Part shown: positions 1 to 10,297 of the stretch, one piece after another | Numbering within the stretch: the first letter of the stretch is position 1 | Layout of the letters: each line of letters begins with the position of its first letter | NCBI GenBank assembly: GCA_965237955.1 | Contig: OZ250169.1 | Location: 5,696,001-5,760,000, forward strand | Reading direction: 5' to 3' | Length of the DNA stretch: 64,000 nt | DNA from: Candidatus Marinacidobacterales bacterium | GTDB lineage: Bacteria > Acidobacteriota > Vicinamibacteria > Marinacidobacterales > SMYC01 | Program-made: the position numbers and the translations under genes | Notes under the pieces: generated by a model | Databases searched by the model: none | Told to the model about the DNA's origin: nothing | The model's input: only the letters and a program-made list of their open reading frames with translations

Positions 1-499
<499 letters not shown>

Positions 500-2088
500 C
501 ACGAGCCTCCCGACGCTAATCGAGGCTCACTAAATGCAGCTCGCGAGTGTCTCAAAGTTGTTGACGCGTTCCGCGCGCGTCAAGGTTTCCCTCGCTTCGC
601 TCGGCGCTTCGCGACCCTGACACAGGGGGACACGCACTGCGCGCCGGGGTGATTCGATGAGTGGGCGATGGGCGGACGGGGCGCCGGGCACCAGGTTGGG
701 GCGTCGTGGCGTGGGTAACTGTGTCTGGACACAGTTGGTGTGAACGCTCTCGAAAAAAAACAGAACAAAACGAATTGTGCAACCGCCTACATCGGTAACG
801 AAACAGACCGGGCACATAGGTAACAGTTTGCGGTGTCGTGGATTCTCTTCGAGATCATTTCGGGCCTCGTCTTTTGTATGGCCTCTTGCTTCGTCGTTCG
901 GGAGAAACTAGAAGCCCAAAGGCGCGATATCCACGGTCCCTGGCGTTTCGAACATCGAGAATCCCGAGAGGGACGGGACCGAAGTGAACCTTCCACCGGT
1001 CGTCATCGACTTGCTCGAGACCGACGCGCTCTGACTTTAGACAGCTGCTTATGTACCACTGCTTGGACTCAAAAGAGATCATTCCGTTGGGATAGGTTTG
1101 AGCGACGTAGAAGTGCTCCGGGTATTCGATTTGCGGGAGCTGACGAGGGTAGGGGCGGTTCGAGGGCTGATAGCGAGATGCAGGAACCTCCTGACCAAGT
1201 GCCTCATGCGGGCGGATTTCGTTGTATTCCTCCCGGAACCGATCGAATGCCCGTTGCTGTGCTCGAAAGCTCGCTCGGGGCGGTTTAGCCGTCTCTGACT
1301 TCAAGGTGCTGTGCATCCGTTCATGTCTTCCGTTTTGATCGGGTCGGCCGGGCTGAATCCGCTCAGGACGGATTCCGAGACGAATCCACCAAACAGCAAG
1401 TCTGGACAGTCCTCCTGGCGCAAGAGTCGAGAACGGCGCTCCGTTGTCGGTTCGAATCGCGTCCGGCAGACCGTATGCTCGAAATACCGATTCGAATATC
1501 TTCCGTGTCGGCTTGAACAATGGCCGGTGAAGACCCTGACAGGCAAATAAATAGCGACTGCATCCGTCGCTCACGGTCAAGGGGTGACAACGCTCCCCTG
1601 CAACCGGAAAATGTCCCTTGAAGTCGGCACACCACACCGCATTGGGGCTCCCGTAGTCGCCCAGACGATCGCCATACGGAGAGCTTCGGCGTATCCGCCG
1701 CCGCTTCTGGATGAGCCCATTCTTACGCAGAACCTCTCCGATCGTGCTCGTCGCCGGCAGCGCGAGCTGCGGATAGTGCCGTTGCAGGATGACACGCAAC
1801 TTGCGCGGTCCCCAACGCGGGTGTTTCTTCCGGGCTCTCAGAATCTTTTCCACCACGTCGTCCGCGACAGCGTGAGGATGCGACAAAGGGGCGCGAGAAC
1901 GCTCTTCCAGACCTGCGACCCCATCCAACTCGTAACGTTCGACCCACTTGTAGCCAGTCTTTCGGCTCACCCCAAACCGTTCGCACAGGGCACTGAACGG
2001 CTCCCCAGCTTCAAGGTGTCAACGCCGGCCGAAAACTGCGCATTCATGGCGGATGAAAATTGCACACCCGAGCCATGGGTGGCGAACC

Positions 2089-2928
2089 CTATGACGCCGT
2101 CGCCTCCGTGTATTTCCTATGAGATTTAGCCGGCGGGTGAGGTTCGTCCGAACCTGCCGGATGGAGCGCTCGCCACAGTTCGGAGTGCTCTCTCATGCGG
2201 TAACTGTTTCCTCGGATGTTGACGAGGTGGCAGTGGTGCAGAATGCGGTCGATGAGAGCGGCGGCCATGACTTCGTCGCCAAGGATCTCGCCCCATTCCT
2301 CGAAACTTTTGTTAGAGGTGAGCACGGTCGAAGCGCGCTCGTATCGCCTACTTATGAGCTGGAAAAAAAGCACCGCGCCGGTCTGGGTGACGGGTAGGTA
2401 TCCGATTTCATCGACAACAAGCAGTGACGGATAACTGAGAACCGCGAGTCGACGAGTGAGGCGGCCCGCGTCACGAGCCTCTTCGAGGGAGGTGATGAGC
2501 TTAGCCAGGGTGCCGTAATAGACGCGCCGTCCATTCTGGGCAGCGGCGATGGCAAGACTAATCGCGAGATGAGTTTTGCCCACACCAGGAGGTCCCAATA
2601 AGACGACGTTCTCCTTACGTTCAACGAACCCGAGCTCGTGAAGGTTCTCAATCTGCTCGCGTTTGATCGATGGCTGGAACGAAAAATCGAACTCATCGAT
2701 TGTTTTGACCGCGGGGAGTCGTGAGGAGCGCATCGCCGCTTGGAGACGACGGTTGTTTCTCAACGTGATCTGCGCTCCAAGAAGGTTCTCGATGGCCTCC
2801 GCCGTTGTGACCGCACCGCCATCGGCATCAGATAGTACGCGGTCGACAGCTTCGAGCGCGCCAGGCATCTTTAGGTCGGCCAGCATCGTACGGATCTGCT
2901 CACGTCGCGATATTGTGCTCGCCTTCAT
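2089..2928 (-). CDS. istB: IS21 helper ATPase IstB
   Basis: Walker A GPPGVGKT, Walker B LLVVDEIGY, LTSN, DRILHH. Confidence 0.95.
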   Translation of the reverse strand: MKASTISRREQIRTMLADLKMPGALEAVDRVLSDADGGAVTTAEAIENLLGAQITLRNNRRLQAAMRSSRLPAVKTIDEFDFSFQPSIKREQIENLHELGFVERKENVVLLGPPGVGKTHLAISLAIAAAQNGRRVYYGTLAKLITSLEEARDAGRLTRRLAVLSYPSLLVVDEIGYLPVTQTGAVLFFQLISRRYERASTVLTSNKSFEEWGEILGDEVMAAALIDRILHHCHLVNIRGNSYRMREHSELWRALHPAGSDEPHPPAKSHRKYTEATAS

Positions 2929-3968
2929 TGTCCACCTCCAACGAGCCGCGTGTAGACTTCGAGGGGACGATGCTCGACATCCATCGAAGGCAGTGTGGTT
3001 AAGCAGGCTTTTGGAGTTCTTCTCGCGGGTTGGTTTGGCAGTACAAGAGAGCGATATGGCCGCTCAACGAGCGGTCTCAGAGTGGCCCTTTCATCGCGCG
3101 CGAATCGTTCTATCGGTCGTTCGTTGGTTGTGCGATGGAGTCGGACGTTGGCGACGTCACTCAGCCAACGCTCGAGCTGAGCATCGAGGTCGTCATCGTT
3201 GATAAAGTGGCGACCGTAGAAGAAGCTTCCTCTCACATAGCGGATTGGCCTTTCCACTTTGCCCTTGGTCTTCGCCCGATACGGGCGACACGCTCTTGTT
3301 CGAAACTCCCAGTGGTGGGCGAAGCGGACGAACTCTGGGTTCTCAACGAGAGGGCCACCTTCCCGGCGGTGATCCTCGACGATGACCGAACGCATCTGGT
3401 CAAAAAGGAGCTCTTTGGGAACTCCTCCAAAAAATAGGAAGGCCTGCTCAAGCCCCGCGAACAACGTCCGCATGTCCTGTCGCTTGAAAAACCGAAGCCA
3501 TAGCAGCCTCGAGTATCCGAGCACCACGAGAAGTGCCCACCGACGACCCCATGGCAAACGAAAGTGTGCAAAATCGACCTGAGCTTGGTGGCCTGGTGGG
3601 GTCTCGAAACGCACCAGCGGCTCCGCCGGTGGCTGTGGGCGAATCTGCCGCACGTACTCCTTGACCTGCGTGTAGCCGCCTTCATAGCCCGCGGCACGGA
3701 TCTCATCATGCAGGCGTACTGAACTCAGCTCCGGGAACTCGTGCAGGCGCGAATGAAGGATCTCCCGGTACGGGTCGATCCTGCGCTCGATCCGCGGACG
3801 CTTCTTGTAGCGCACCGTTTCCTCGTCCAACTCTCGGTCCAGTTGACCCGTCTTTATCCAGTGGTGGACCGTTCGGCGGCTGATTCCTAGCTTGTCTGCT
3901 AGCGCCGCCTTCTTGATTCCCTGCTCCAAATACTCTCGTAGTAACACTCGTTTCTCCCTTCCGTACAT
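2925..3968 (-). CDS. istA: IS21 transposase IstA (short type)
   Basis: N-terminal HTH, RFETPPGHQAQVDF, LLFDQM, AKTKGKVER. Confidence 0.95.
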   Translation of the reverse strand: MYGREKRVLLREYLEQGIKKAALADKLGISRRTVHHWIKTGQLDRELDEETVRYKKRPRIERRIDPYREILHSRLHEFPELSSVRLHDEIRAAGYEGGYTQVKEYVRQIRPQPPAEPLVRFETPPGHQAQVDFAHFRLPWGRRWALLVVLGYSRLLWLRFFKRQDMRTLFAGLEQAFLFFGGVPKELLFDQMRSVIVEDHRREGGPLVENPEFVRFAHHWEFRTRACRPYRAKTKGKVERPIRYVRGSFFYGRHFINDDDLDAQLERWLSDVANVRLHRTTNERPIERFARDERATLRPLVERPYRSLVLPNQPARRTPKACLTTLPSMDVEHRPLEVYTRLVGGGQ

Positions 3969-4423
3969 CGGCGCCTCCACTCCGGAAACGCCATTCTGAT
4001 TGAAGGCGCGCCGTCATGTCTGGCACTCCAGACACACGACAACGGCCTCCTTTTACGGATGGCCGAGTGTGCAATTTTCGCCCGCCGCTAACACAAGGCG
4101 CGCAGCGATGAATCTCACTCGTCCATTCATGCAATTCGTCTCGTCCCACGGCATCGGCCACCTCCCTGGTAAAGGGATTGTCACCCATGTCGCCGGTCTG
4201 TTTTGTCACCAATGTACCCGGTCCGGACCAATTATTTGCTTGACAGCTTTTTGGAAGCGCTTTGGAAAAAAGCGTAGGTGCGCTCTGTCGTGCGGCTGTA
4301 CGTGCGTTAGAGGCACGATGGTCGCCTTGTCTTCGTCGTCGAGACTTTGAAAGAGGGTTGACGTCTCGGCGCTTCGCACACGCGAAATGCGAGCGACGAA
4401 AAAGTCCATGCTATAAGAAACAG

Positions 4424-5518
4424 ATGAACGACCAAAACGATTTGAAATCACTTTCCGACGACGAGTTGCTTCGTTGTTTGTCCGAGGCGTTGGCGCAGTC
4501 GCGACGAGTGGAGTGGGTTCTTGTCGCACACATTGCCGAAGTCGATGCGCGACGACTTTATGCAAGTGAAGGATCGCCTTCGATGTTTCAATACTGCCTC
4601 GAGGTCTTGCATTTGTCAGAGTCGGAAGCCTATCGACGCATCGCGGCGGCTCGCCTCTCCCGCAGCTATCCTGTGCTCCTAGAAATGCTCGAGGATGGAC
4701 GCATTCACTTGGCCGGTATCGCAGTACCGAGAAAGCATCTAACGGACGCCAACTACGAAGACGTTTTGGCTCGAGCCACTCACAAGACTAAACGTGAGCT
4801 CGAAGAGCTCGTGGCCGAGTTGGCGCCGAAGGCTGATGTTCCTCCGACGATTCGAAAGCGGTCACAACGCAAAGCCGAGTCCGAGCCATTGAAATTGAGC
4901 TCGTCGAGTCAACTGTGTCCGGGAACAGTTTTAACAAAGACATCGGCAGCGAAGCCACAGCCGGCCCCTGACAAGTTGACAAGCCGGGCAACCGTCAAAC
5001 CACTGTCACCTGCGCGCTACAAAGTGACGTTCACGGCGAGCGAGGAGCTCCGCGACAAACTCGAGCGGCTCCAAGCACTCATACCCGGCGGCGACCTCGC
5101 TTCCATCATCGACGCGGCCGTGAGCGAGAAACTCGAACGTCTCGAAGCCAAACGCTATGGCAGGACGAACAAGTCGAGAAAAAACCTCGAAGACGCCGAC
5201 ACCTCACCGGGCGTGCGCGGCATCTCCGCTGCGGTGAAACGCGCCGTCTGGGCGCGCGATCGGGGTCAATGTACCTTCCTCAACGCCCGGGGCAAACGCT
5301 GCCCGGAGTGCCACCGGCTCGAGTTCCACCACGACGAACCCTACGGGCTAGGTGGAGATCGAAGCGTGGACAACGTACGACTGGCGTGCCCGGCTCTCAA
5401 CGCCTACATGCCTGAGCTTGACTACGGTAAGGAGAAAATGGACCGGCACCGGCGCTCGGCCGAGAGAGTCGGCGAACCTCAGCCCACGCTCGAGCTCTGC
5501 CTGGACAAAGTTGCCTGA
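4424..5518 (+). CDS. DUF222-like / HNH endonuclease domain protein
   Basis: N-terminal LSDDELL...LVAHIAEVDARRLY...SMFQYC; C-terminal RDRGQC...RC...LEFHH...GG...NVRLACPALN HNH signature; ATG 4424 chosen as start. Confidence 0.8.
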   Translation: MNDQNDLKSLSDDELLRCLSEALAQSRRVEWVLVAHIAEVDARRLYASEGSPSMFQYCLEVLHLSESEAYRRIAAARLSRSYPVLLEMLEDGRIHLAGIAVPRKHLTDANYEDVLARATHKTKRELEELVAELAPKADVPPTIRKRSQRKAESEPLKLSSSSQLCPGTVLTKTSAAKPQPAPDKLTSRATVKPLSPARYKVTFTASEELRDKLERLQALIPGGDLASIIDAAVSEKLERLEAKRYGRTNKSRKNLEDADTSPGVRGISAAVKRAVWARDRGQCTFLNARGKRCPECHRLEFHHDEPYGLGGDRSVDNVRLACPALNAYMPELDYGKEKMDRHRRSAERVGEPQPTLELCLDKVA

Positions 5519-5593
5519 AACACACCGCCCGCGCACGACAGCCACCAAACCGCGTGCCCGCGTGCCTCGAGCCCATCGCCCACATATCGAATC

Positions 5594-5776
5594 GTTACGG
5601 TTCTTGCCCCATACTCGCAGCGGTAGGTCCTCCGTCACGAGTGGACTGAGATCAACGATCCTATTGGGCAGTGGAGCCTGGGTCAGGCTCTCATTGGTTG
5701 GCTGATCCTCGGGGCTGGTACAGCTGAGACAGGCGGTCGCCGTGCAAGATATGAAGATCGTCCAGAGTTTCTTCAT
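5594..5776 (-). pseudogene. 5' fragment of a secreted cyclase-family (kynurenine formamidase-like) protein
   Basis: Signal/lipoprotein-like N-terminus MKKLWTIFISCTATACLSC, then RIVDLSPLVTEDLP; similarity ends next to the HNH element repeat. Confidence 0.55.
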
Positions 5777-5814
5777 CGGTATCTCCTTGTGCGGCCTACG
5801 ACGAGCGTGGCTTC

Positions 5815-7020
5815 TCACGACTCTTCTTGCAGGATGGCGCCCGCTAGTTTGGCCACCCGGTAGAAGTAGTTCGCGCCTATCGGTAGCACTGCTTCGTCGA
5901 AGTCGAATTTGCTCGAGTGTGCCGGGTAGCCTTCGCGGCCTTTTTCGCGGGCGCCGAAGCGTGCGTAGCAACCGCGGATCTTCTCCATGTAGTACGAGAA
6001 GTCTTCACCGCCCATGTTGGGAGTATGGAGCGGCACTGCGTAGTCGGACCCGACGACGTTGCTCGCGGCGCGGCGGGCGATGTCTGCCATCGCTGGTGGA
6101 TTGATGACGGGGGGGACGCCTTCTTGTACCCTCATCGAGATCTCGGCATTGTGGAGCTGGCTGACGGCATCGCAAATGCGCTTCAAAGACGCGACGACGT
6201 GATCGCGAACGCTCTTTTCCTGTGCGCGGATGGTGCCTTCGAGCTCGGCTCGACCGGCGATGACGTTCGGAGCCGTGCCCGCGTCGAATCGCCCCACGGT
6301 CACCACCGACGGGTACGCCGGGTTGACCTCGCGGGAAACGATCGTCTGGATCGCCATCACCAGGAGCGAGCCGACCACGACGGAGTCGACGCTCTCATGG
6401 GGTCTCGCTGCGTGTCCGCCCTGACCACGGATATCGATCCGAAACGAGTCGGTCGACGCATTCACCGCGCCCGCGTGGGTGACGATCGCGCCCGTCGGGT
6501 AATGCCTGTCGACGTGTCCACCGAAGATCATCGACACGTTGTCGAGAGCGCCTTCTGCGATCATCGCTTTGGCGCCGGCGCCGCGCTCTTCGGCGGGTTG
6601 GAACAAAAGACGCACCGGCGCGGGCAAGTCGCCGTCGCGCGCGAGAAGCTCGGCGGCGCCGAGAACCATGGTCGTGTGCCCATCGTGGCCGCACGCGTGC
6701 ATCACTCCATCGTTCTCGGACGCGAACGCTAGACCGGTTTCCTCGTGGATCGGCAGCGCGTCGATGTCGGCGCGGAGCGCGACCTTTTTGGAATCGTCTC
6801 CCTGGCCCGGGATGTCAGCCACGATTCCGGTGTGAGCGACACCGCTTTGATACCGAATGCCCAATCCGTCGAGCTCCTTGCAGATGCGCTCCGCGGTGCG
6901 CGTCTCTTGGAAAGCGAGCTCGGGATGTTGGTGTAAGTCCCTTCGGAAAGCGACCAGTCGCTCCCGTAGCTCTTTGTCGTCGCTAGTGGACCTGGTGGAC
7001 TTGCCGGCCTTCGTGCTCAC
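5815..7020 (-). CDS. M20D family amidohydrolase
   Basis: RRDLHQHPELAFQE, ALRADIDALP, MHACGHDGH, FQPAEE, GGEDF motifs; GTG start inferred. Confidence 0.93.
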   Translation of the reverse strand: MSTKAGKSTRSTSDDKELRERLVAFRRDLHQHPELAFQETRTAERICKELDGLGIRYQSGVAHTGIVADIPGQGDDSKKVALRADIDALPIHEETGLAFASENDGVMHACGHDGHTTMVLGAAELLARDGDLPAPVRLLFQPAEERGAGAKAMIAEGALDNVSMIFGGHVDRHYPTGAIVTHAGAVNASTDSFRIDIRGQGGHAARPHESVDSVVVGSLLVMAIQTIVSREVNPAYPSVVTVGRFDAGTAPNVIAGRAELEGTIRAQEKSVRDHVVASLKRICDAVSQLHNAEISMRVQEGVPPVINPPAMADIARRAASNVVGSDYAVPLHTPNMGGEDFSYYMEKIRGCYARFGAREKGREGYPAHSSKFDFDEAVLPIGANYFYRVAKLAGAILQEES

Positions 7021-7039
7021 GCGAAGTGCTCCTAGAGGT

Positions 7040-8044
7040 TTAGAGGGCTCCGACTTCTTGCAACAGCGCAAGAGTGCCTTCGAGATCGTCGAGCTCGCTC
7101 AGATCGATGTCGGGGGTCTTGATCTCGGATAGGGGAGTGATGAGCGAGTGGGTGGCGACGCCGTCGGCGAGTGGGTACTCGAACGTGTCCGTGGCGAAAT
7201 AGCTTTGCGCTTCCTCGGAAAGCAGATACTCGATGAAGCGCTCCGCGGTCTCGAGATGAGGCGACGTGTCGACGATACCGGCCCCGGCAATGTTGACGAG
7301 CGCACCCGGTCCGCCGCCCCGGGGGCTATAGTTCTTCACCGGCACAACGTTACTCGTCCCTTCGAGGAAGCGGAACAAGTAGTAGTGGTTGGTCAGCCCC
7401 ACGTCGATCTCGCCGCTCAAGACGGCCTCGAACAATGGAGTATTGTCGCGATAGGCCTTCGGCTCGTTGGCAACCATCCCCTGAAGCCAATTTCTCGTCG
7501 CCTCTTCGCCGTCGACGACGCGCATCGCCGTCACGAATGTCTGGAACGAGCCATTCGTGGGAGCCCAGCCGAGGCGACCTTTCCAGCGAGGATCGGTCAG
7601 CTCGACGACGGCGTCGGGAAGCTCCTCCGCGGTGAGCACCGAAGTGTTGTACGCGAGCACCCGGGCTCGGCCCGATGTGCCCACCCAGCGACCGTCCCCG
7701 GCGCGAAACCTGTCGTCGACTCGCTCCAGAAGGGAAGGAGGGAGCTCGCGCAAGCGTTTCTGTTTGGCGAGGGCCCCGAGTGCGCCCGCGTCTTGACCGT
7801 AGTAGACGTCGGCGGTGGTCTCGTCGCCCTCATCGAGGATCGTTGCCGCCATCTGCGCAGAGCCGCCGTAGCGCACGTCGACGACGGTTCCGGTCGCCGC
7901 CTCGAATTTGTCGATGACGGGCTGGACGAGCGCCTCGCTCCTTCCCGAATAGACGGTCAACGTTGGGGCCGGCGGAGGTGCCCCGCAGGCGTGGACAATA
8001 AATCCGGCGAATCCGGCGCAGAGAATAACGGCTTTTCTCGACAT
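7040..8044 (-). CDS. Fe(III) ABC transporter substrate-binding lipoprotein (FbpA/FutA-like)
   Basis: Lipobox-like HAC, LTVYSGRSE, WAPTNGSF, GLTNHYY (Tyr iron ligands), FEYPL. Confidence 0.9.
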   Translation of the reverse strand: MSRKAVILCAGFAGFIVHACGAPPPAPTLTVYSGRSEALVQPVIDKFEAATGTVVDVRYGGSAQMAATILDEGDETTADVYYGQDAGALGALAKQKRLRELPPSLLERVDDRFRAGDGRWVGTSGRARVLAYNTSVLTAEELPDAVVELTDPRWKGRLGWAPTNGSFQTFVTAMRVVDGEEATRNWLQGMVANEPKAYRDNTPLFEAVLSGEIDVGLTNHYYLFRFLEGTSNVVPVKNYSPRGGGPGALVNIAGAGIVDTSPHLETAERFIEYLLSEEAQSYFATDTFEYPLADGVATHSLITPLSEIKTPDIDLSELDDLEGTLALLQEVGAL

Positions 8045-8122
8045 TTGTCTGGTGAAGGTTAGCACGGTCTTGGACTGGGTCTTGGTCTTGTTACTGAGCG
8101 CGGTCAGAGCTACGATGCTTCT

Positions 8123-9319
8123 TTGGACATGCACGCTGGCCAGCCCTCTAGTATTTACGAACTCATCGAGAGCGAGCTGAAACCGCATTTCGAAGCGCTT
8201 TCTCTCTGTAGGTCTACGCCGGAGCTCCGTTCCCATCCGTTGTACCGGTCTCTCGAGCCGGCGGTGTCCAAAGTTCTGAACACCCCGGACGTGGGGAGTT
8301 TTGCGCCGGTCGAGGGCGATGCCGAGGCCGAGCCCAAGCAGCGCTATCGCGTGCTCGCGTGGAACCTCGAGCGCGGGATCGAGCTCGAAGGCCAGCTGGA
8401 TGCGTGCCGACGGCACCCGTATTTGCAAGAGGTGGATCTGTTCCTGCTCACCGAGACGGACGTCGGGATGGCGCGCTCCGGCAATCGTGCTGTCGCGCAA
8501 ACCATGGCCCAAGAGCTCGGCTTACACTATGCGTTCGCGCCTTGCTACTTGAATCTCGCCAAAGGCTCGGGCGTCGAGTACGACGTTTCCGGTGAGAATC
8601 ACCTCGGCCTCCACGGGAACGCGATTTTGAGCCGTTACCCGCTCGCGAACGCCCGCGGCATTGCGCTCGAAAACGGCAAGGACAAAATGGCGGGGCGGGA
8701 GAAGCGGCTGGGGAATCAAACAGCGCTCGCGGTGGACGTTGCGCTTCCGGGGCTGCCGCTCACCGCCGTCGCGGTTCACCTCGATGCGCAATCGCGGCAG
8801 CGACACCGCCGCGATCAGATGCGCGACGTGCTCGACGGTCTGCCCGATGACACTCGTGCAATCATCGGTGGTGACTGGAACACGACGACTCACAACTCTT
8901 CTCGCGCGTTCTACGCCATCATGGGCTACTGGCTGCGCGTGTTCATGGGCATCGACCGCTCCATCGATCACTACCTCCATCCGCATCGCACCTTCGAAAA
9001 AGGGCTCTTCGAGCTGTTGGAGCGCCGCGGCTTCGACTACCGTCGCTGCAACGAGCTCGGCGAGCGCACGATGTCCTACGACGTGGACTGCGACAAAACG
9101 CGACAAAATCTCGGAGAGTGGGTGCCCGGATGGTGCTTCGCCTTCATTCGCTGGGCCCTCCGGAATCACGAAGGACGATGTCCTATGAAGGTGGATTGGT
9201 TCGCCGCGCGTGGTCTCGAGACCGAGAGCCCGATGGTGATCCACGAGCTTCGTGAGGGGCGCAAGGTGCCGTTGTCGGACCACGACGCCATCGGCATTGA
9301 TCTTGTCCTCGACGGGTGA
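8123..9319 (+). CDS. Endonuclease/exonuclease/phosphatase family protein
   Basis: AWNLERG, LTETD, GNAILSRYP, VHLD, GGDWN, SDH motifs. Confidence 0.88.
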   Translation: MDMHAGQPSSIYELIESELKPHFEALSLCRSTPELRSHPLYRSLEPAVSKVLNTPDVGSFAPVEGDAEAEPKQRYRVLAWNLERGIELEGQLDACRRHPYLQEVDLFLLTETDVGMARSGNRAVAQTMAQELGLHYAFAPCYLNLAKGSGVEYDVSGENHLGLHGNAILSRYPLANARGIALENGKDKMAGREKRLGNQTALAVDVALPGLPLTAVAVHLDAQSRQRHRRDQMRDVLDGLPDDTRAIIGGDWNTTTHNSSRAFYAIMGYWLRVFMGIDRSIDHYLHPHRTFEKGLFELLERRGFDYRRCNELGERTMSYDVDCDKTRQNLGEWVPGWCFAFIRWALRNHEGRCPMKVDWFAARGLETESPMVIHELREGRKVPLSDHDAIGIDLVLDG

Positions 9320-9400
9320 GCGGATATCGAGAAAGAAATCGCCTAGCGCGATAGAGCCTGATACACTTCGCCTATCGATGCACACGGAAAAGGAGCGTTC

Positions 9401-9832
9401 ATGAAGATTGTGACCATCGAGACCGACAAGGGTGCTATCCGCTTGCAGCTTCATGAGGACAAGGCGCCCAAGACGTGCGCAAACTTCCAGAAACTCACGG
9501 GCGAAGGCTTTTACAACGGTCTCACTTTCCATCGTGTCCTCGATAATTTCATGGTCCAGACTGGGTGCCCGCAAGGAACCGGCACCGGCGGTCCGGGTTA
9601 CCAGTTCGACGACGAGTTCCACGGCGACCTCAAGCACGCCGGCCCGGGCATCTTGTCGATGGCGAACTCGGGGCCGAACACGAACGGCTCGCAGTTTTTC
9701 ATCACCCATGTGGCGACCCCTTGGCTGGACGGCAAACACTCCGTGTTCGGCCTCGTCCTCGATGGACAGGATGTGGTGAACTCGATTCGCCAAGGGGACA
9801 AAATGGTCAAAGTAACCATCTCGGAGGAGTAG
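9401..9832 (+). CDS. Cyclophilin-type peptidyl-prolyl isomerase
   Basis: FHRV...[34 protein letters not shown]; RBS AAGGAG upstream. Confidence 0.96.
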   Translation: MKIVTIETDKGAIRLQLHEDKAPKTCANFQKLTGEGFYNGLTFHRVLDNFMVQTGCPQGTGTGGPGYQFDDEFHGDLKHAGPGILSMANSGPNTNGSQFFITHVATPWLDGKHSVFGLVLDGQDVVNSIRQGDKMVKVTISEE

Positions 9833-9856
9833 CGAGGCGGTTCTTCACGGGTTTGA

Positions 9857-10297
9857 ATGCGTCTAGCGTTGCTGTGGGTGGGCGCTATCCTTCTCGCCGT
9901 GTCGGCATGGCCCGAGCCGGGATTCGTCGGTGCCGAACGGTGCAAGCTCTGCCATCGAGACGTCTACGAGTCGTGGCGACGCACGCCGCACGCGAGCACG
10001 GGAACCGTGGACATTGACTTCGATGCGCGCTGCAACGCGTGTCACACGACTGACGTGCGCACTCGGCGACGTGGTGTGCAGTGCGAGGCGTGTCACGGCC
10101 CCGGCCAGGACTATTGGCCGGCTGAAGTGATGATCGATCCTGACAAGGCGTCGATGGCGGGATTGGTGCAACCTACCCTGGCGGTGTGTCGCCGCTGTCA
10201 CGACACTGAGAATGTCGAGCCCGAGCACCGGCGTGACTTCGTGACACCGTCAGAAGCCGCGTGGGAAGCGTGGGTGCACATCCGGGACGAACCTTGA
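9857..10297 (+). CDS. Periplasmic tetrahaem cytochrome c (c554-like)
   Basis: Signal peptide; four CxxCH motifs (CKLCH, CNACH, CEACH, CRRCH). Confidence 0.88.
   Translation: MRLALLWVGAILLAVSAWPEPGFVGAERCKLCHRDVYESWRRTPHASTGTVDIDFDARCNACHTTDVRTRRRGVQCEACHGPGQDYWPAEVMIDPDKASMAGLVQPTLAVCRRCHDTENVEPEHRRDFVTPSEAAWEAWVHIRDEP

Larger units (their letters stand above)
2017..4093 (-). mobile_element. IS21 family element
   Basis: Ends TGTCAACG (2017) and ...CGCTAACA (4093); 5-bp target duplication CAAGG at 2012-2016 and 4094-4098; istA + istB. Confidence 0.95.
855..4154 (-). pseudogene. IS481 transposase interrupted by IS21
   Basis: ATG at 4154 gives MPWDETNCMNGRVRFIAARL, which continues in frame past the IS21 as EAGEPFSALCERFGVSRKTGYKW; rve core WCADFKG...RTDNG...NGRHER. 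Confidence 0.9.
776..4230 (-). mobile_element. IS481 family element, split by IS21
   Basis: Ends carry doubled TGTTACC/TGTCACC-type repeats (776-830 and 4179-4230); IS481-type transposase inside; exact ends uncertain by 1-2 bp. Confidence 0.85.
651..5593 (+). mobile_element. Putative HNH (DUF222-like) element with long imperfect inverted repeats, interrupted by IS481::IS21
   Basis: 651-673 GATTCGATGAGTGGGCGATGGGC matches the reverse complement of 5571-5593 at 21/23; weaker similarity continues inward to palindromes at 717-736 and 5493-5512; single HNH ORF inside. Confidence 0.5.

Noticed and set aside
4424-5518. HNH gene as IscB/Cas9-like or intron-encoded protein
   Set aside because: No RuvC motifs, PLMP start, reverse transcriptase or intron domain V recognisable
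8522-9793. Long antisense ORFs (also 7148-8062, 30932-32068, 59175-60665, 60957-62525)
   Set aside because: Shadow frames of well-supported genes in GC-rich DNA
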